Source: Candidatus Poriferihabitaceae bacterium (GTDB lineage Bacteria; Pseudomonadota; Gammaproteobacteria; Arenicellales; Poriferihabitantaceae). From it: a stretch of 64,000 bases of DNA. Below are positions 62,110 to 64,000 of the stretch, piece after piece. Made by a program: the position numbers and the translations under genes. The notes beneath the pieces were generated by a model. The model saw only the letters and a program-made list of their open reading frames with translations. It had not been told where the DNA came from and made no database searches. The stretch covers positions 40,541 to 104,540 of the forward strand of contig OZ241878.1 in NCBI GenBank assembly GCA_965203365.1, read 5' to 3'. How positions within the stretch are numbered: the stretch's first letter is position 1; each line of letters starts with the position of its first letter.

Positions 62110-63465
62110 ATGTGCCAGTATTGCGAATCCGCACCTAATAGCGGACATATACTCGAACCACATGGACAGTCCAGGACGCTAGGACTGCCCCCGGATGGTT
62201 CAGTTGACCATCCTGCGTCAACAAGTGATGACCACACAGACCACACCAAAATTCCTACACGACGCCACAAGATTTGGGAACTGGATTCGGATATCCACTG
62301 TGCAGTGATCGGCACCTGTGCCCCGGTCTCGGAGTTGCGACGGATTTATCGCAAGGTCAACGGCTCCACCGAGCATGAGAACAGTGATTATCGGATACAT
62401 AGCCTGTTTGTCCGTTGCGCTGCCGAGCCGTATCATGGCATCAAGTTGCTGCAGAAATATTTCGATACCCGATATCACAGCACCATTCGACGATACAGTC
62501 AGGCGAAAGATGAGCAGGCACTGCAGGCACTGTGGAACTCTTCAGTTGACAGGGGTGAAGTAGCAGCAGGTTACTGGGCTCTCACCACACATCCCCTGAT
62601 CACCGATCGTCTCAATACGCTGGCTTTCGGAGAAATTCACATGCTTTCCCATCTTGCGGGTCGTACATGGCAGTACGAATCCAGCCGTCGCCGGGAAGCC
62701 GAGTTCCAACTGAAGGAAAAACAGCAGAAGTTGTGGCAAGCAGAAAGCGCACTGAACCAGACCCGCCACGATCTGGACCGACAAACCGCCGCTGTCGGCC
62801 GGATGAAAATGAAAATCATCCAGCAAGAAAAAATCATCTCCCAGCTGGAGTCGAAGGTACAATCCTTGGTCAAGCCTCGGGAAGCTGATCCCCAAGCGAA
62901 AACCATTGCGGCCCTCAAAGCAAAAGTCTGGAGGTTGGAGCAGGCTGGGTCAGTTGGCCATTGTGACAGCCAGTCTCGGGAGTCAGCTGCCAGTGCCAGG
63001 ATGTCGGACACCCCGCAGGTCCTGATACAGGAAAACCGTGCCCTGGAATCGCAACTGACCCGCCTGCTGGACTTATGGCGAGCGTCGGAGTGCACCAACC
63101 CCCCGAACGATCTCCCGAGCTTGAATGGAAACTGCATCCTGTATGTGGGGGGCAGGGGTCGTATTCGCTGCCAATTCCGCCGGCTGGTGGAATTGCTCAA
63201 CGGGAAGTTCCTCTATCATGATGGCGGTCGAGAGGACAATCACCATCGACTCCCCTCCCTAGTCAGCCGGGCTGATATTGTCCTTTGCCCTGTGACCTGC
63301 GTGAGTCATAATGCCGCCAAAGAAGTGCGTCGCGTCTGTGACCACCAAACCAAACCGGCCGTCTGGTTGCCGGCACCCAGCCTCAGTGCATTCAATGCGG
63401 CCTTGGCCAATATCGCCCATTCCGGCAGTCCGGATTCTCCCTCCCATCATTCAGCGCAGACCTGA
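62110..63465 (+). CDS. DUF2325-domain protein with coiled coil
   Basis: IWEL...HCAVIGTC, YWALTTHP, FGEIHMLSHL; C-terminal ILYVGG...HDGG.ED...ADIVLCPVTCVSHNA...C. Confidence 0.85.
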   Translation: MCQYCESAPNSGHILEPHGQSRTLGLPPDGSVDHPASTSDDHTDHTKIPTRRHKIWELDSDIHCAVIGTCAPVSELRRIYRKVNGSTEHENSDYRIHSLFVRCAAEPYHGIKLLQKYFDTRYHSTIRRYSQAKDEQALQALWNSSVDRGEVAAGYWALTTHPLITDRLNTLAFGEIHMLSHLAGRTWQYESSRRREAEFQLKEKQQKLWQAESALNQTRHDLDRQTAAVGRMKMKIIQQEKIISQLESKVQSLVKPREADPQAKTIAALKAKVWRLEQAGSVGHCDSQSRESAASARMSDTPQVLIQENRALESQLTRLLDLWRASECTNPPNDLPSLNGNCILYVGGRGRIRCQFRRLVELLNGKFLYHDGGREDNHHRLPSLVSRADIVLCPVTCVSHNAAKEVRRVCDHQTKPAVWLPAPSLSAFNAALANIAHSGSPDSPSHHSAQT

Positions 63466-63688
63466 TTTTTTGGGCAAGAAGGCGTCAGGATCTGGCGGGT
63501 CCGGTTGTTTGCTCGATAGTTCGATCGGGCTTGGGTTTTTCCATATGCAGGGTTTGCACAAGCCTTCAGGTGGGTTTGTCGACTCGCTTCGGTCTCGCAT
63601 CAAACCAGGCCGGAATGCCCAGTGGTTTCTCAAATGGGATGACACGAACAGGGCCAACCGGTGGGAGTAAATGCCATGCATCGGTGAA

Positions 63689-63741
63689 GATGCTGTCAGG
63701 TGACAGCGATATCCAGATCTGTTTTCACCTGACAGTGCATC
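63689..63741. other. Intergenic inverted repeat (stem-loop)
   Basis: GATGCTGTCAGGTGA ... TCACCTGACAGTGCATC; function unknown. Confidence 0.45.
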
Positions 63742-64000
63742 TGATGGTTGACATCCGGGCGATCAGATCCCACCCGAAGAGGGATACATTCCCTGTCGGG
63801 ATACCGCATCTCGGATTGCTGCGGGGATTCTCCTATCCAGACTCCTGTTGGATCAAGCTTGGACCCCATGCCCAGAGCCCGCTCATTCGGGGGACCGTAG
63901 ATCTGGAAAGACCGCGCACTGAAAACTCCGAGTATAGTGGGTTTATGTACCTTAGGCTGCAGGGTTATCTGAAAGCGGCCGACCTCTTTATGGATCCGAT

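Overview
This 64 kb window looks like a marine gammaproteobacterial chromosome segment (separate nuoA/B/C/D, glcB, cnoX/ybbN, TRAP transporter, pta) interrupted by three accessory blocks. (1) A 2.6 kb IS1595-family element (10083-12706) has imperfect TIRs and an exact 8-bp TSD. It carries a coupled passenger operon: a Dam-family methyltransferase frameshifted in a G12 tract, a PD-(D/E)XK nuclease and a small Cys/His protein. This is a candidate mobile, phase-variable restriction-modification/epigenetic switch. (2) A decayed integrative island at tRNA-Arg(CCG) (about 16.9-30.5 kb, followed by a tandem stub to about 32 kb) has broken relaxase, TraF, DUF932, integrase and cysteine desulfurase genes. 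Its Gabija-like OLD+UvrD pair, PIN-HTH pair and HipBA pair remain intact. (3) A defence cluster (48-59 kb) contains type I R-M with a duplicated hsdM tail around a mini GIY-YIG gene, a PHP-ABC ATPase (Ppl/TrlF-like), an AlbA_2/Schlafen protein and an orphan membrane protein. Also present: two IS30 copies with a strong A:T->C:G transversion signature, an orphan CRISPR-like two-repeat unit at 43.45-43.55 kb, and a Fur-box-preceded ankyrin + DUF2325 pair. All family assignments come from motif recognition by eye; no database searches were run.
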